NCBI GenBank assembly: GCA_963842925.1
Contig: CAWJIL010000003.1
Span: forward strand, 249,542 to 313,541
DNA from: an uncultured delta proteobacterium
GTDB taxonomy: Bacteria > Desulfobacterota > Desulfobacteria > Desulfobacterales > B30-G6
Reading direction: 5' to 3'
DNA: 64,000 nucleotides
This document shows positions 9,502 to 19,456 of this stretch, in pieces; position 1 is the first letter of the stretch; the number at the start of each line of letters is the position of its first letter. Position numbers and translations under genes: made by a program. The notes beneath the pieces are model-generated. The model was not told the DNA's origin. It saw only the letters and a list, made by a program, of their open reading frames with translations, and ran no database searches.

Positions 9502-9960
9502 TTAATCCCCGTGCAAAACCTTCAACTTGGCATCGATGAGCTGTTTTTGAGACAGACGCAGGAGGTTTTTGAGCTTGTTCATCAGATAATGTTCATACTG
9601 ATCCATCTTCCCGTCCACATAAACAACCCGCCACAAGGTTTCGACAATTTCGATCTTTTCCTCATTTGAATAGTTCTCGTTGATCAGCTTGGCAAACTGC
9701 CACAGATCAAGACTCTTATTCAACTCGGCTTCGGCTTCGGCAATCAGTGCATCGGCGTGTTCATTTGACAAATCGTATTTATCCTTGAGTATCGACAGAA
9801 CGATTTCCAGTTCCTCTTTGGTAAATGTCTCATCGATACGTGCAATCTCCACCAGAAGCGCACATGTGGCCACCCGGATATCGTGTTCCCTGGGCACCGG
9901 CACCCCATGGGGGGTGTCTGCCGAGACTTTGTTGAAAAATCGTTTCAATGAATCCAGCAT
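9502..9960 (-). CDS. TerB-like (tellurite-resistance TerB / DjlA N-domain family) protein
   Basis: A 152-aa ORF with two repeated helical halves (ATCALLVEIARIDETFTKEE ... ETLWRVVYVDGKMDQYE), typical of the TerB fold. Confidence 0.65.
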   Translation of the reverse strand: MLDSLKRFFNKVSADTPHGVPVPREHDIRVATCALLVEIARIDETFTKEELEIVLSILKDKYDLSNEHADALIAEAEAELNKSLDLWQFAKLINENYSNEEKIEIVETLWRVVYVDGKMDQYEHYLMNKLKNLLRLSQKQLIDAKLKVLHGD

Positions 9961-10071
9961 ATCTATCCCTTTTTGATCATTACGCTAATAGGGTGAAATA
10001 TTTTACCCGCTTTGAGGCTGATGATTCTCCGCGGGCTAAAAACCGTTTGGGTTATTGGTAATTGAAGGACA

Positions 10072-11595
10072 CTATCTATAATCACGATAGTCTACGCCAT
10101 ACTGCTTGGCCTTGTAAGCAAATTTGCGTACCGTCGTCTGGAGGAGTCCCGCAGCCAGGGTGATATTGCCCCGCATGTTTTTCAGGGCATCGATGATCAT
10201 TTCCCGCTCGAGCTTATTCACGGCATCTTCCAGGGACAGGGCCGGCATGGTATTGGTTTCCTTGCCGGTCTGCAGCGTCGGAGGCAAGTGATAACTGTGA
10301 ATGACGCCCTCGTCACACAATAGGACCGCCCGTTCGATACAATTCTCGAGTTCCCTGACATTTCCGGGCCAATGGTATTCCACCATCATATCGATGGCCG
10401 GCGTTGAAAGCCGCTTGATCTCCTTGTTGTTCTCCAGTACATATTTTTCAAGAAAATAGTCCGCCAGGAGCAGCACATCGGTCTTGCGTTCCCGCAGCGG
10501 CGGCATATAAATGGGAAATACATTTAGACGGTAATACAAATCTCCCCTGAAGCTGCCGTCCTCAACCGATTCTTCCAAATTCTTATTTGTGGCAGCAATG
10601 ACCCGGACGTCACATTTGATGGTTCGATGACCGCCGACACGTTCGAATTCTCTCTCCTGGAGAACCCTCAGGAGTCGAACCTGGACATCGAGACCGATGG
10701 CTCCAATTTCATCCAGAAAGATAGTGCCCTTGTGTGCCTGTTCAAACTTGCCGAGTTTTTGATTGATAGCACCGGTAAAAGCCCCTTTCTCATGACCAAA
10801 CAACTCGCTTTCAATCAGGTTGGCCGGCAGTGCTGCACAGTTGACTTTGACAAAGGGGTTTTTGACTCTCAGGCTGTTGTAGTGAATCGAATTGGCCACC
10901 AGCTCTTTGCCGGTACCACTTTCTCCCCTGATCAGTACGGTGGCGTTGCTCTTGGAAACCTGAGATATCATCTGGAAGACGTCCCGCATCTTGTTGCTGT
11001 TGCCGATGATGTCGGTAACACGGTATTTCTTTTCAAGCTCACCCCGCAGGCGTTTGTTTTCTTCGCGAAGACGGTCTTTTTCCAGTCGAATGGTCTCCAG
11101 ATTGATCACGTGTCTCGCCAACATGGTGGCAATAACGGTCATTAATTTTTCACCTTCCTTCAGATCGTAGGTTTCATCATATGGTTTGTCTACGCTGAAG
11201 GCACCGATGACCTGATTTCTCTTTTTTATGGGGGCACAGATAAAGGACATCTCCTGGTCCATTTTTTTCTTGCGGGATGCTGTGCGGTTGAGAAACAGGG
11301 GCTCTTGACTTATTTTTGGGATTGTCAAGACTTTGCCTGTCTGGAAAACCCGTCCGGTGATGCCTTCCCCGATCTTATACCTGACACTTTCGACATCTCT
11401 TTTTGACAGGCCGTGGGCCACCTCGATATTTATTTCATTTTTAAGTGGGTCCAGTATGGTAACGGTTCCGCGAACCATGTTCATAGAATTGGACAAAATA
11501 TCCAGAACCCGGTATAAAGATTTTTTTAGATCCAGATGCGCATTCAAAGCGACACTGATTTCGTAAAGGAGGGTTACCTCTTCAATTTTTTTCAT
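10072..11595 (-). CDS. Sigma-54-dependent transcriptional activator with N-terminal GAF domain (NifA-like architecture)
   Basis: A GAF region, an AAA+ sigma-54 interaction domain ([14 protein letters not shown], Walker B FLDEIG) and a C-terminal Fis-type HTH. Confidence 0.9.
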   Translation of the reverse strand: MKKIEEVTLLYEISVALNAHLDLKKSLYRVLDILSNSMNMVRGTVTILDPLKNEINIEVAHGLSKRDVESVRYKIGEGITGRVFQTGKVLTIPKISQEPLFLNRTASRKKKMDQEMSFICAPIKKRNQVIGAFSVDKPYDETYDLKEGEKLMTVIATMLARHVINLETIRLEKDRLREENKRLRGELEKKYRVTDIIGNSNKMRDVFQMISQVSKSNATVLIRGESGTGKELVANSIHYNSLRVKNPFVKVNCAALPANLIESELFGHEKGAFTGAINQKLGKFEQAHKGTIFLDEIGAIGLDVQVRLLRVLQEREFERVGGHRTIKCDVRVIAATNKNLEESVEDGSFRGDLYYRLNVFPIYMPPLRERKTDVLLLADYFLEKYVLENNKEIKRLSTPAIDMMVEYHWPGNVRELENCIERAVLLCDEGVIHSYHLPPTLQTGKETNTMPALSLEDAVNKLEREMIIDALKNMRGNITLAAGLLQTTVRKFAYKAKQYGVDYRDYR

Positions 11596-11726
11596 CTTAC
11601 GTCCTTAACCCGGACAAGCTTGAAAAGAAATAGATCTTCTGCCAAATTAATTTAAAGAGCCAATTAATAACATTTTTGTAATATATTGCAACAACCAACT
11701 CACTTTTGTAACATAGGTATTTTTTC

Positions 11727-12905
11727 ATGATCATTCACGTGGACATGGACGCCTTCTATGCATCGGTGGAACAGCTGGACAATCCAGACCTGAAAGGCCA
11801 ATGCGTTATGGTTGGCGGCACCACAAACCGGGGTGTGGTATCGGCTGCCAGTTATGAGGCTCGAAAATTCGGTGTCCATTCCGCCATGCCCATTTTTCAG
11901 GCTAAAAAGAAATGCCCCCAGGGTGTATTTGTGCCGCCCCGAATGTCCCGCTACAAGGCTGTTTCACAACGCATCATGGCGATACTGAAAGGATATTCCC
12001 CCCTGGTTGAGATGGTGTCCATCGACGAGGCGTATATCGACATCGCCGGGTGCACCGGCATCCTGGGCTCCCCCCGGGAAATCGCCCTCACCATAAAGAA
12101 AAAAATCCAGAAAGAGACGTGTCTTACCTGCTCGGTGGGAATTGCCCCCGTGCGGTTTCTGGCCAAGATTGCCTCTGACCTGGACAAACCGGACGGGCTC
12201 ACCATTATTCAGCCGGGACAGGTGTATGACTTCATCGATACCCTGGCGATTCAAAAAGTCCCCGGCATCGGCAAAAAAAGTTCCGAGCAACTGAACAGGA
12301 TCGGCATCCGATTTCTTGGAGACATCAAACATTACCCCAGAGAAATGCTGAACAGACGACTGGGTAAACTCGGATATCGACTGATCGATCTTTCCAATGG
12401 AATTGACCCAACGCCGGTCTCCCCCGAATCGGAACATAAATCTGTCAGTTCGGAGCTTACCCTGGCAAAAAATACCCTGGACACACCCTATCTAAAACAG
12501 ACGCTTTTGAAACAATCAGAACGGGTCAGCAGGGAACTCAGAAAAATGGGTGTCAAGGCCAAGGTCGTAACCCTGAAACTGAAACATGATGATTTTAAAC
12601 AGATCACACGCCGCATTACCATCCAATCCCCGACACAGTCTACAGACACTATCTATAAAGAAGCGGCCAGGCTTCTGGATCAATACAGTCTGACCCGAAA
12701 AGTCCGCTTGGTGGGTGTAGGGGCTTCCGGTTTTGTCAGCGCCACTCAACCCGTTCAGATGGACATCTTTGGCAAAACCCCGGCCACAAACAAGAACTGG
12801 GAAAAAGTAGATAAAACCCTCGACCATATCGGCAAGAAGTTTGGAAAGGGCGTTGTTCAGCGGGCATCCTTGTCAGACCGTTCCGACAAAGAATCATCTT
12901 CTTGA
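11727..12905 (+). CDS. dinB: DNA polymerase IV (Y-family)
   Basis: MIIHVDMDAFYASVEQ start, SIDEAY, and a little-finger domain. Confidence 0.93.
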   Translation: MIIHVDMDAFYASVEQLDNPDLKGQCVMVGGTTNRGVVSAASYEARKFGVHSAMPIFQAKKKCPQGVFVPPRMSRYKAVSQRIMAILKGYSPLVEMVSIDEAYIDIAGCTGILGSPREIALTIKKKIQKETCLTCSVGIAPVRFLAKIASDLDKPDGLTIIQPGQVYDFIDTLAIQKVPGIGKKSSEQLNRIGIRFLGDIKHYPREMLNRRLGKLGYRLIDLSNGIDPTPVSPESEHKSVSSELTLAKNTLDTPYLKQTLLKQSERVSRELRKMGVKAKVVTLKLKHDDFKQITRRITIQSPTQSTDTIYKEAARLLDQYSLTRKVRLVGVGASGFVSATQPVQMDIFGKTPATNKNWEKVDKTLDHIGKKFGKGVVQRASLSDRSDKESSS

Positions 12906-13079
12906 ACCGGCAATAGCAGGCTATCCCGGTTATTTAACAGACCTGATCGGTTCTGGCGCAAGGCATTTCAGCCTGAAGCCGTAGTAATCTACTGCGAAGG
13001 CTGAATAACACAGTGCCAGGGCCGATCAGAAAAGCCCGAAAGGTGAAACTTGACAAGTCAAGTTTTATTAAATGCTGGG

Positions 13080-14681
13080 TTAGTTGGCAGCTGTGCTCTG
13101 CAGCACCTGGGTCGCCTGCTCGAGAATCCCGTCCGGAAAACCAACGATGGGATAAATCACAAGAAACCCAACGATCCACAGCAACAGCATGGACAGGATA
13201 AAAAATCCAAAACCGTATTTTACAAAATCTATCGCTTCAAGGACCCGCTTGTTGGTATCCGGATAAACACCCAGGGCAAATGTCAACGCATTGGCGGGAG
13301 AGCCCACGATAAGAAAGTGGGCATACGAAGACGCCAAGGCTACGGCCATGCCGATGGCCCAGGGCTCGCCTGCAACCTGGGTCATGATCCCCATGGGAAC
13401 CACAATGGGACCGATAAGGGCTACCGTTGCAGCATCAGACATAAAGTTGGTAACAAGCCCCGAAAAGCCGGACATCCCGACCCACAACCCGTAACCTTTA
13501 TCCATACCAACCTGCGAAAGTCCGTTTAGAAAGGTTTTGGCAAGCCACAGGGCTCCGCCGCTTTCCTTGAGAAGTGCCCCCAGGGTCAAAGCGCCACAAT
13601 ACATGAACCAGGCGTTAAAGGATATGCGCCCTAATATATTTTCAAACTTAACACTCTTAAATATGACCGGAACAACCAGGGCCAGAAGCGCCGGTCCGCC
13701 CAAGCCCGTTGCTTCTCCGCCAAATATCCACAGGGCGACAATACAGAAAAGCGTTAGTGCAGTAACCCACTCTGCATAACTCATTTTACCCATTTTACGG
13801 GTTTCATCCTTGATATATTGCAGCCCGGGAGTAAGATCCCGGGTCTTTATATTTTTACTGAAGAAAGTCGCCATATAGAGCAGTAACATGGCACCGCCAA
13901 GCGGCACCAGGCCCCACCCGTATTTCATCCACCCCGAATATGTGATGGGGATACCATAATCAGTGAAAAAGCCCATCATAATCACGTTACGACCCCCGGC
14001 TGAAGGCGTTCCGGGTCCTCCCATATTCAAGGCAAAGCAAAGGGAAAAAAGCAGATATTTGGCAAGTGCCGGATCGTGAATCACTTTTTCCTCCGGGCTG
14101 GTGGCCTTCACCGATCCATAATAGACGGCCATCATCACTGGCACCATAAAAGAACACATGGCAGGAGCCGACATAAATGAACCCACGATTGACATACTGA
14201 AACACAGAACAATCATGGGCACCCAGAAACCCTTGGTCCACCCCAGCAACCAGACAGCCAGCCGTTTGTGGAAACCAACCTCCACCACCGTCCCCCCCAG
14301 GGCAAAGACACCCAGCATGAACAGCGGTGCATCACCGGCAAATGTTTTCCCGATCATGTTGAAAGGAAGAAGCCCAAAAAAATAGGCCAAAATGGGCATC
14401 AAAAGACCCGTTGCACCAATGGGAAGGGCCTCCACAGCAAAAAAGATGACCGCCATGGGGACGATCCCCAGTACGATCATCGTTTTTTTGGAAGCCTCCT
14501 CGATGTTATGGGCGATCTCCCAGTCTATCATCTTTTCGACATAACCGTATTCTTGCAAGACATCGGTAAGAGACTGGGGTGTTGGCAGTATAAATGCAAT
14601 TACGATAAAAATACCTACACCAACACCGAGCCACAACCCTTTCTTTGCAAATATTCCAGTCTTTTCCCCATGAGTGTCCAT
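13080..14681 (-). CDS. Anion permease of the ArsB/NhaD (SLC13/DASS-like) superfamily
   Basis: A 533-aa polytopic membrane protein with an internally duplicated transporter-like organisation. The specific substrate cannot be told. Confidence 0.7.
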   Translation of the reverse strand: MDTHGEKTGIFAKKGLWLGVGVGIFIVIAFILPTPQSLTDVLQEYGYVEKMIDWEIAHNIEEASKKTMIVLGIVPMAVIFFAVEALPIGATGLLMPILAYFFGLLPFNMIGKTFAGDAPLFMLGVFALGGTVVEVGFHKRLAVWLLGWTKGFWVPMIVLCFSMSIVGSFMSAPAMCSFMVPVMMAVYYGSVKATSPEEKVIHDPALAKYLLFSLCFALNMGGPGTPSAGGRNVIMMGFFTDYGIPITYSGWMKYGWGLVPLGGAMLLLYMATFFSKNIKTRDLTPGLQYIKDETRKMGKMSYAEWVTALTLFCIVALWIFGGEATGLGGPALLALVVPVIFKSVKFENILGRISFNAWFMYCGALTLGALLKESGGALWLAKTFLNGLSQVGMDKGYGLWVGMSGFSGLVTNFMSDAATVALIGPIVVPMGIMTQVAGEPWAIGMAVALASSYAHFLIVGSPANALTFALGVYPDTNKRVLEAIDFVKYGFGFFILSMLLLWIVGFLVIYPIVGFPDGILEQATQVLQSTAAN

Positions 14682-14744
14682 ATAAAAACGCCTCCATCAG
14701 TTTCTCAACAACATGTAATAACCTATCTCAAAGATTATCTAGGC

Positions 14745-15299
14745 TCAGGATTTACAATCGTTGATCTTGTCGCTAATTGTTGCGAATACATCCGACAGTC
14801 TCAATATTCCCACGACTTTTTTATTTCTGGTCACAAGCAGGGATTGATGAGGATGCACAACCAGTTGATGTATGGCCTCACCCAATGATGCATTTTCATC
14901 CACATGCTCACTATCCGCAGGAGGCTTGACAAAGTCTCTCACTTTCAGCTGAATTGCCCGTTCGCAAACAAACTGCAAAGGTTCCAGCCAAAGCGCATTT
15001 TCTTCGAGCATGGATTTGATTAATTCTGCACTGTGCCCTGAGCGAGACAGCACTTCCATGCCTTCCAATTTCCCGTAATTGGGCTCGAGTGCGACCAGGA
15101 TATCTTTCATGGTTAATTTACCCAAAACGTTTTCACTCCTGTCAAGAACCAATATGGCACGGTGCCGATACTTCATCGGTTCAAGAGCTAATTGCGCTTT
15201 TTCCAAAGCACAAACAGCCTCTTGCAAGGTCGCCTCAAGGGAAACCGTTGCATACTCTTTGAGCGGTACCATCAACGCTTTTACGTTTATTTTTTTCAT
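14745..15299 (-). CDS. CBS-domain pair protein
   Basis: A 184-aa ORF with two CBS-like repeats (..AILVLDRSENVLGKLTMKDIL.., ..LLVTRNKKVVGILRLSDVF..). It lies upstream of the permease on the same strand. Confidence 0.75.
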   Translation of the reverse strand: MKKINVKALMVPLKEYATVSLEATLQEAVCALEKAQLALEPMKYRHRAILVLDRSENVLGKLTMKDILVALEPNYGKLEGMEVLSRSGHSAELIKSMLEENALWLEPLQFVCERAIQLKVRDFVKPPADSEHVDENASLGEAIHQLVVHPHQSLLVTRNKKVVGILRLSDVFATISDKINDCKS

Positions 15300-15611
15300 C
15301 TTATTTCTCCCCTGCTCTTTTTATATAGAAGCCATCTTAAAAACAGGATTTTTGTTCAAAGTCAAGGCGGATCCGAGTTTCAAGCCGCAGGCGCCCCGCA
15401 GGAATACTGCAGCATTTTGAGGATTGGAAACGAGAGCCCAACACAGGATTTGGACCAAAAGGCACATTAAGATGGCTTCTACACAAACCAGACGAATCAT
15501 TGCCCTTAGCAGAACCAAAAGGGTTTCACAAGCGATAACTTCTTAACCCCTTTGAATTGTCTATTAACAAAGCTTCTTGTTGACGCAGGCCAGGCAATCA
15601 TTTATTGAAGG

Positions 15612-16030
15612 CGGGGGAGAATAAGGGTTCGAGGGAAAACCAAACCGTTTTAAGTTTTAGGTGTTAAGTATAGCTGTTAGCAGAAGACTGATCACAGCGT
15701 CCCTGTATGGAAGGGTTCGAGGGTCCGAGGGTGATACAAGGGTTTGAGGGTAGCTGACTGCTAAATGCGGACAGCGGCATTACAGCGTCCAAGCATCCTA
15801 GCCTCCCAGCATGGAAGGGTTGGAGGGTCTGAGGGTGATACAAAGGTTGGAGGGTGGCTGACAGCAATTGAGCGGTAAGCCATAAGCGTTAAGCTATAAG
15901 TGGCTCATCGCTAGTGGCAACAATAAATGACGCGCGAAGCGCTAATGTCGTCCGCTAGGACAAATGACAGTCATAGACTAAATTTCGCCCACAGGGCAGA
16001 AGGCACCGAATAGTTTACAATCTAAACAGC
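15612..16030. repeat. Mosaic repeat locus, the longer partner of an inverted pair with 28141-28377
   Basis: The reverse complement of 15852-15999 matches 28176-28320 with about 5 mismatches in ~143 nt by hand alignment. The extra internal modules (gggttcgagggtccgagggtgatacaaggg.., gcatcctagcctcccagc) are absent from the partner. Confidence 0.85.
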
Positions 16031-16112
16031 AAACGAAGATAACCCAAGGGAACTCAACAAGCACAACAAACACAATGAACACCAGAAGCATGTTTATAGG
16101 GAGACGTTGAAT

Positions 16113-18059
16113 ATGGCCGGTGGATATATGGGCAAATATTGTATTATCGATCTTGGATCTCAAGCTGTGGAAACGGTTGAGCCAGGGGATGCATTCTATC
16201 GCAAATACCTGTCCGGGTATGGATTGGGTGCAGCCGTCATCCTGGAAAGGCAAAAACCGGGCCTTGATCCTTTGTCACCGGAAAGCTACCTCGGATTCTG
16301 TTCCGGTCTTTTAACCGGAACCAAGGCTTTTTTCTCCGGGCGCTTCATGGTTGTGGGCAAATCGCCCTTGACCGGCGGATGGGGGGATGCCAATGCCGGA
16401 GGGTTTTTATCCAGGGAATTGAAGCGGTCCGGATATGATGCCATCTTCTTTACCGGAAAATCGGTAAGCCCCATCTGGTTGGATATCACGGAGCAGGGCA
16501 TCACTTTCCACGACGCTACAAATCTCTGGGGTAAGGATATCATCGAAACAGAACGACTCATCAAGGATAAGATCGAGGATAAATGGACCCAGATCGCTTC
16601 CATCGGCCAAGGCGGTGAAAGGCTTTCACGAATATCCGGTATTACCACCGACCGCGGCAGGATCGCGGCAAGATCTGGTCTGGGTGCCGTCATGGGTGCC
16701 AAAAACCTGAAAGCCGTGGCATTTCATGGGCAGGCAAAAATCCCCGTTGCACGGCCCGATGAACTCAAATCCATCAACCGTAAATTTCTGGAAGACTATA
16801 AAAAATCCAAATTGTCCGACAGACTCACGGTTCGTTATATGCATACGGTAAGTAAAATCATTGCCCGAACGGGCATTTCAGTTCCGTCACAGCCCTCTAT
16901 GCTGCGGGAGCTGTACAAGCAATACGGAACACCGGGTCTGACAGTTTACTCTGCCTTGACAGGAGATATGCCAATCAAAAACTGGAGTGGTGTGGGAATC
17001 ACTGACTATTCATACGAAAGTGCCGCCAGAAATTCGGACAGAAATGTCACCAGGTATCAGAAACGAAAATATGCCTGCCAGTCCTGTCCCCTGGGATGCG
17101 GAGGTATCATCGATATCGAGAAAGGCCGCTTTGAAGGTACCCAGGGGCATAAACCCGAATATGAAACCCTGGGCGCTTTCGGCGGTCTGCTTCTGAACGA
17201 CGACCTGGATACCATTATCGAGCTGAACGAAATGTGCAATCGCGCCGGTATCGACACCATTTCCGTCGGAGGTGTCATGGCTTTTGCCATCGAATGCTTT
17301 GAAAATGGTCTCATCGACGCAACAGATACGGATGGTTTAATACTTGAATGGGGGCAAGCGGATGTCCTTGTTCAACTGCTTGAAAAAATCATCGACCGAA
17401 AGGGCATCGGCGACACCTTGGCCGACGGTGTCAAGATAGCCGCTGAAAAAATAGGAAAGGGTTCTGAAAAATATGCCATACATGCCGGCGGCCAAGAACT
17501 CCCCATGCATGATTCCAGGCTCGACCCCGGATATGCCATCGCTTATGAATGCGAGCCCACCCCGGGACGGCACACCATATCCTGCTATCTTTATGCCGGA
17601 TTGTTCGGTGTCAAGCACAGCTTTCCGGCTGCCAAGCGCATGATGAAAAAAACAAAAGGCAAAAAGGCCAGAAATGTCCGTCTCTATGCAGCAGGTTCCT
17701 TTTATATGCAGTTGATAAACTGTGCCGGCATGTGCATGTTTGGCGCCATGACCAGCCGGCTGCCACTGGTGGAGTACTTCAATGCCGTGACCGGGTGGGA
17801 TTTTTCTGCAGATGCGTACTTCAAGACCGGTGAACGCATTTTGAGCCTGCGCAAGGCATTCAACGCGCGGGAAGGCATCAGGCCCGAAGACCATGAATTG
17901 AACGGTCGGGCAATCGGAAAGACCCCTCTTTCCGGTGGGCCTTTAAAAGGTGTCACCATCGACATACAAAATCTCAGGGAAGAATTTTTTAAGGTGGTGG
18001 GGTGGGATATAGCCACTGGCGGGCCTACACCCGACAAGATGAAGGAACTTGGGATTTAA
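16113..18059 (+). CDS. aor: Aldehyde:ferredoxin oxidoreductase family (tungstopterin enzyme)
   Basis: AOR N-terminal domain (GKYCIIDLGS..), a CQSCPLGCGG cluster region and a 648-aa length. gggaga RBS lies 8 nt upstream of the ATG at 16113. Confidence 0.9.
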   Translation: MAGGYMGKYCIIDLGSQAVETVEPGDAFYRKYLSGYGLGAAVILERQKPGLDPLSPESYLGFCSGLLTGTKAFFSGRFMVVGKSPLTGGWGDANAGGFLSRELKRSGYDAIFFTGKSVSPIWLDITEQGITFHDATNLWGKDIIETERLIKDKIEDKWTQIASIGQGGERLSRISGITTDRGRIAARSGLGAVMGAKNLKAVAFHGQAKIPVARPDELKSINRKFLEDYKKSKLSDRLTVRYMHTVSKIIARTGISVPSQPSMLRELYKQYGTPGLTVYSALTGDMPIKNWSGVGITDYSYESAARNSDRNVTRYQKRKYACQSCPLGCGGIIDIEKGRFEGTQGHKPEYETLGAFGGLLLNDDLDTIIELNEMCNRAGIDTISVGGVMAFAIECFENGLIDATDTDGLILEWGQADVLVQLLEKIIDRKGIGDTLADGVKIAAEKIGKGSEKYAIHAGGQELPMHDSRLDPGYAIAYECEPTPGRHTISCYLYAGLFGVKHSFPAAKRMMKKTKGKKARNVRLYAAGSFYMQLINCAGMCMFGAMTSRLPLVEYFNAVTGWDFSADAYFKTGERILSLRKAFNAREGIRPEDHELNGRAIGKTPLSGGPLKGVTIDIQNLREEFFKVVGWDIATGGPTPDKMKELGI

Positions 18060-18150
18060 CCAAGCTAATAAGCGGGAAAAAACAAGCCAAGGGCCCAGCG
18101 GCGATAATAAGCAAGGCCTAATTGCACATTGTTTCGATTGCAGGCGTCAA

Positions 18151-19356
18151 TCATTCGCTATCCAACCACTGCTTGATGGTCTCATATACTTCAGAATTAT
18201 TAAGTAAGTCCAGATGGTTCATATCACGGGCGATCCACTGATGAGTCACCGGAAATAAAAGATTCAAATCGGCATTTTTATGACGCCCCAAGGCGCTGTT
18301 TAATGTTACCAGTCCGTCTCCGATAAGCTGATCACCAAGTATGCTCGTTTCTTCACTGGTGGTTGCAGCTATTGTATAGCACTGCAAGCCGTTCGGTAAA
18401 GGTACAGCGCTTCGGTGATCTCGCGAATATTCGAAACGGTCGCGTCCTTTCCAATCTTCATCCAATATATTGCCATAACGCAGATCTGTAATCCCGGCAC
18501 TCCGGATTTTCCCAAGGCGAGAAAAAGGCGCACTGTACGGGCTTATTTCAAGGATGATGTCGAGCCAGTTGCCGGCACGCTCCAAAGGCGCCCCATGATG
18601 TGGTGTGCCGAGAAAAATGATTTTTTGCAGATGATCTAACCAAGAATGACCGGCAACCTTTCCGTAATGGCAGCCGCTTCGGGAAACGAGTCCACCCATG
18701 CTGTGAGAAATGATTACAAGTTCTATTGGCTGTGGCAATTGATTAATGAACACTTCAATCAGATTGGCAAACTCACGGCCATTTTGGGATATGTGAAGAC
18801 CTGTATTATAATGCAGATAAACCGGAAGGTATCCCAGATCGCGGGCAAGCGCTGCTCCATGGTCATGCCCTTGCCTGTTCCATAGCAAATCGTTCATACA
18901 GGATCCATGTACCATCAAAGCAATTTTCCCATCAGATTGACGAACGAATTGCTTAAAGGCTTGATCGTCCATGGCTAATGGCACCCCATTCAGGCGAAAT
19001 TTCATTGGGATGGCAAGTGGATTGTTCCTCGCTGCAAGGTGGTCACCCAAGACGCCATTTAACGCAGCCAGAACCACTTCACGTTCTGGTGATGAACACT
19101 TTTCTCCGAGTAGTGATGAGAACTGTTTAAGCAATAAGTCAATGCTACCCCCCACCAATCCTGATACTGTGCGAATGTTACGGTAAACCAGTCCTGTGAT
19201 GCCTGTCGCCCGATTTTGATTCGATTCGCTGAGTATTCCACCTAAACTGGCAATCGTATGATGCATGGCTTCTACCAAGTTGGTAATACCGGTAATAGCG
19301 TCAATCGTTAAATTTCCAGCGCCACGAATGTCAGACTCGTTTTTAATATTTGCCAT
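18151..19356 (-). CDS. Alpha/beta-hydrolase (lipase/esterase-like) protein
   Basis: Nucleophile elbow ISHSMGG and GTPHHG, 401 aa. Confidence 0.7.
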   Translation of the reverse strand: MANIKNESDIRGAGNLTIDAITGITNLVEAMHHTIASLGGILSESNQNRATGITGLVYRNIRTVSGLVGGSIDLLLKQFSSLLGEKCSSPEREVVLAALNGVLGDHLAARNNPLAIPMKFRLNGVPLAMDDQAFKQFVRQSDGKIALMVHGSCMNDLLWNRQGHDHGAALARDLGYLPVYLHYNTGLHISQNGREFANLIEVFINQLPQPIELVIISHSMGGLVSRSGCHYGKVAGHSWLDHLQKIIFLGTPHHGAPLERAGNWLDIILEISPYSAPFSRLGKIRSAGITDLRYGNILDEDWKGRDRFEYSRDHRSAVPLPNGLQCYTIAATTSEETSILGDQLIGDGLVTLNSALGRHKNADLNLLFPVTHQWIARDMNHLDLLNNSEVYETIKQWLDSE

Positions 19357-19456
19357 TATTTCACGTCTTGACTATTTAAGATTATAATAGAAAGGAGATC
19401 TACCAAAACAATGTTTACAAAAAGCGATGGAACCTCTTGGATGTTTATCACTGAAA

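Noticed and set aside
14268-14888. 206-aa plus-strand ORF spanning the permease/CBS junction.
   Set aside because: It is antisense to two well-formed minus-strand genes, and its composition is atypical (His/Lys/Gln-rich).
15700-15760. tRNA-like T-arm, because GGTTCGAGGG resembles GGTTCGAATCC.
   Set aside because: There is no acceptor or anticodon stem context. The word is part of the gggttcgagggtccgaggg tandem module repeated at many loci.
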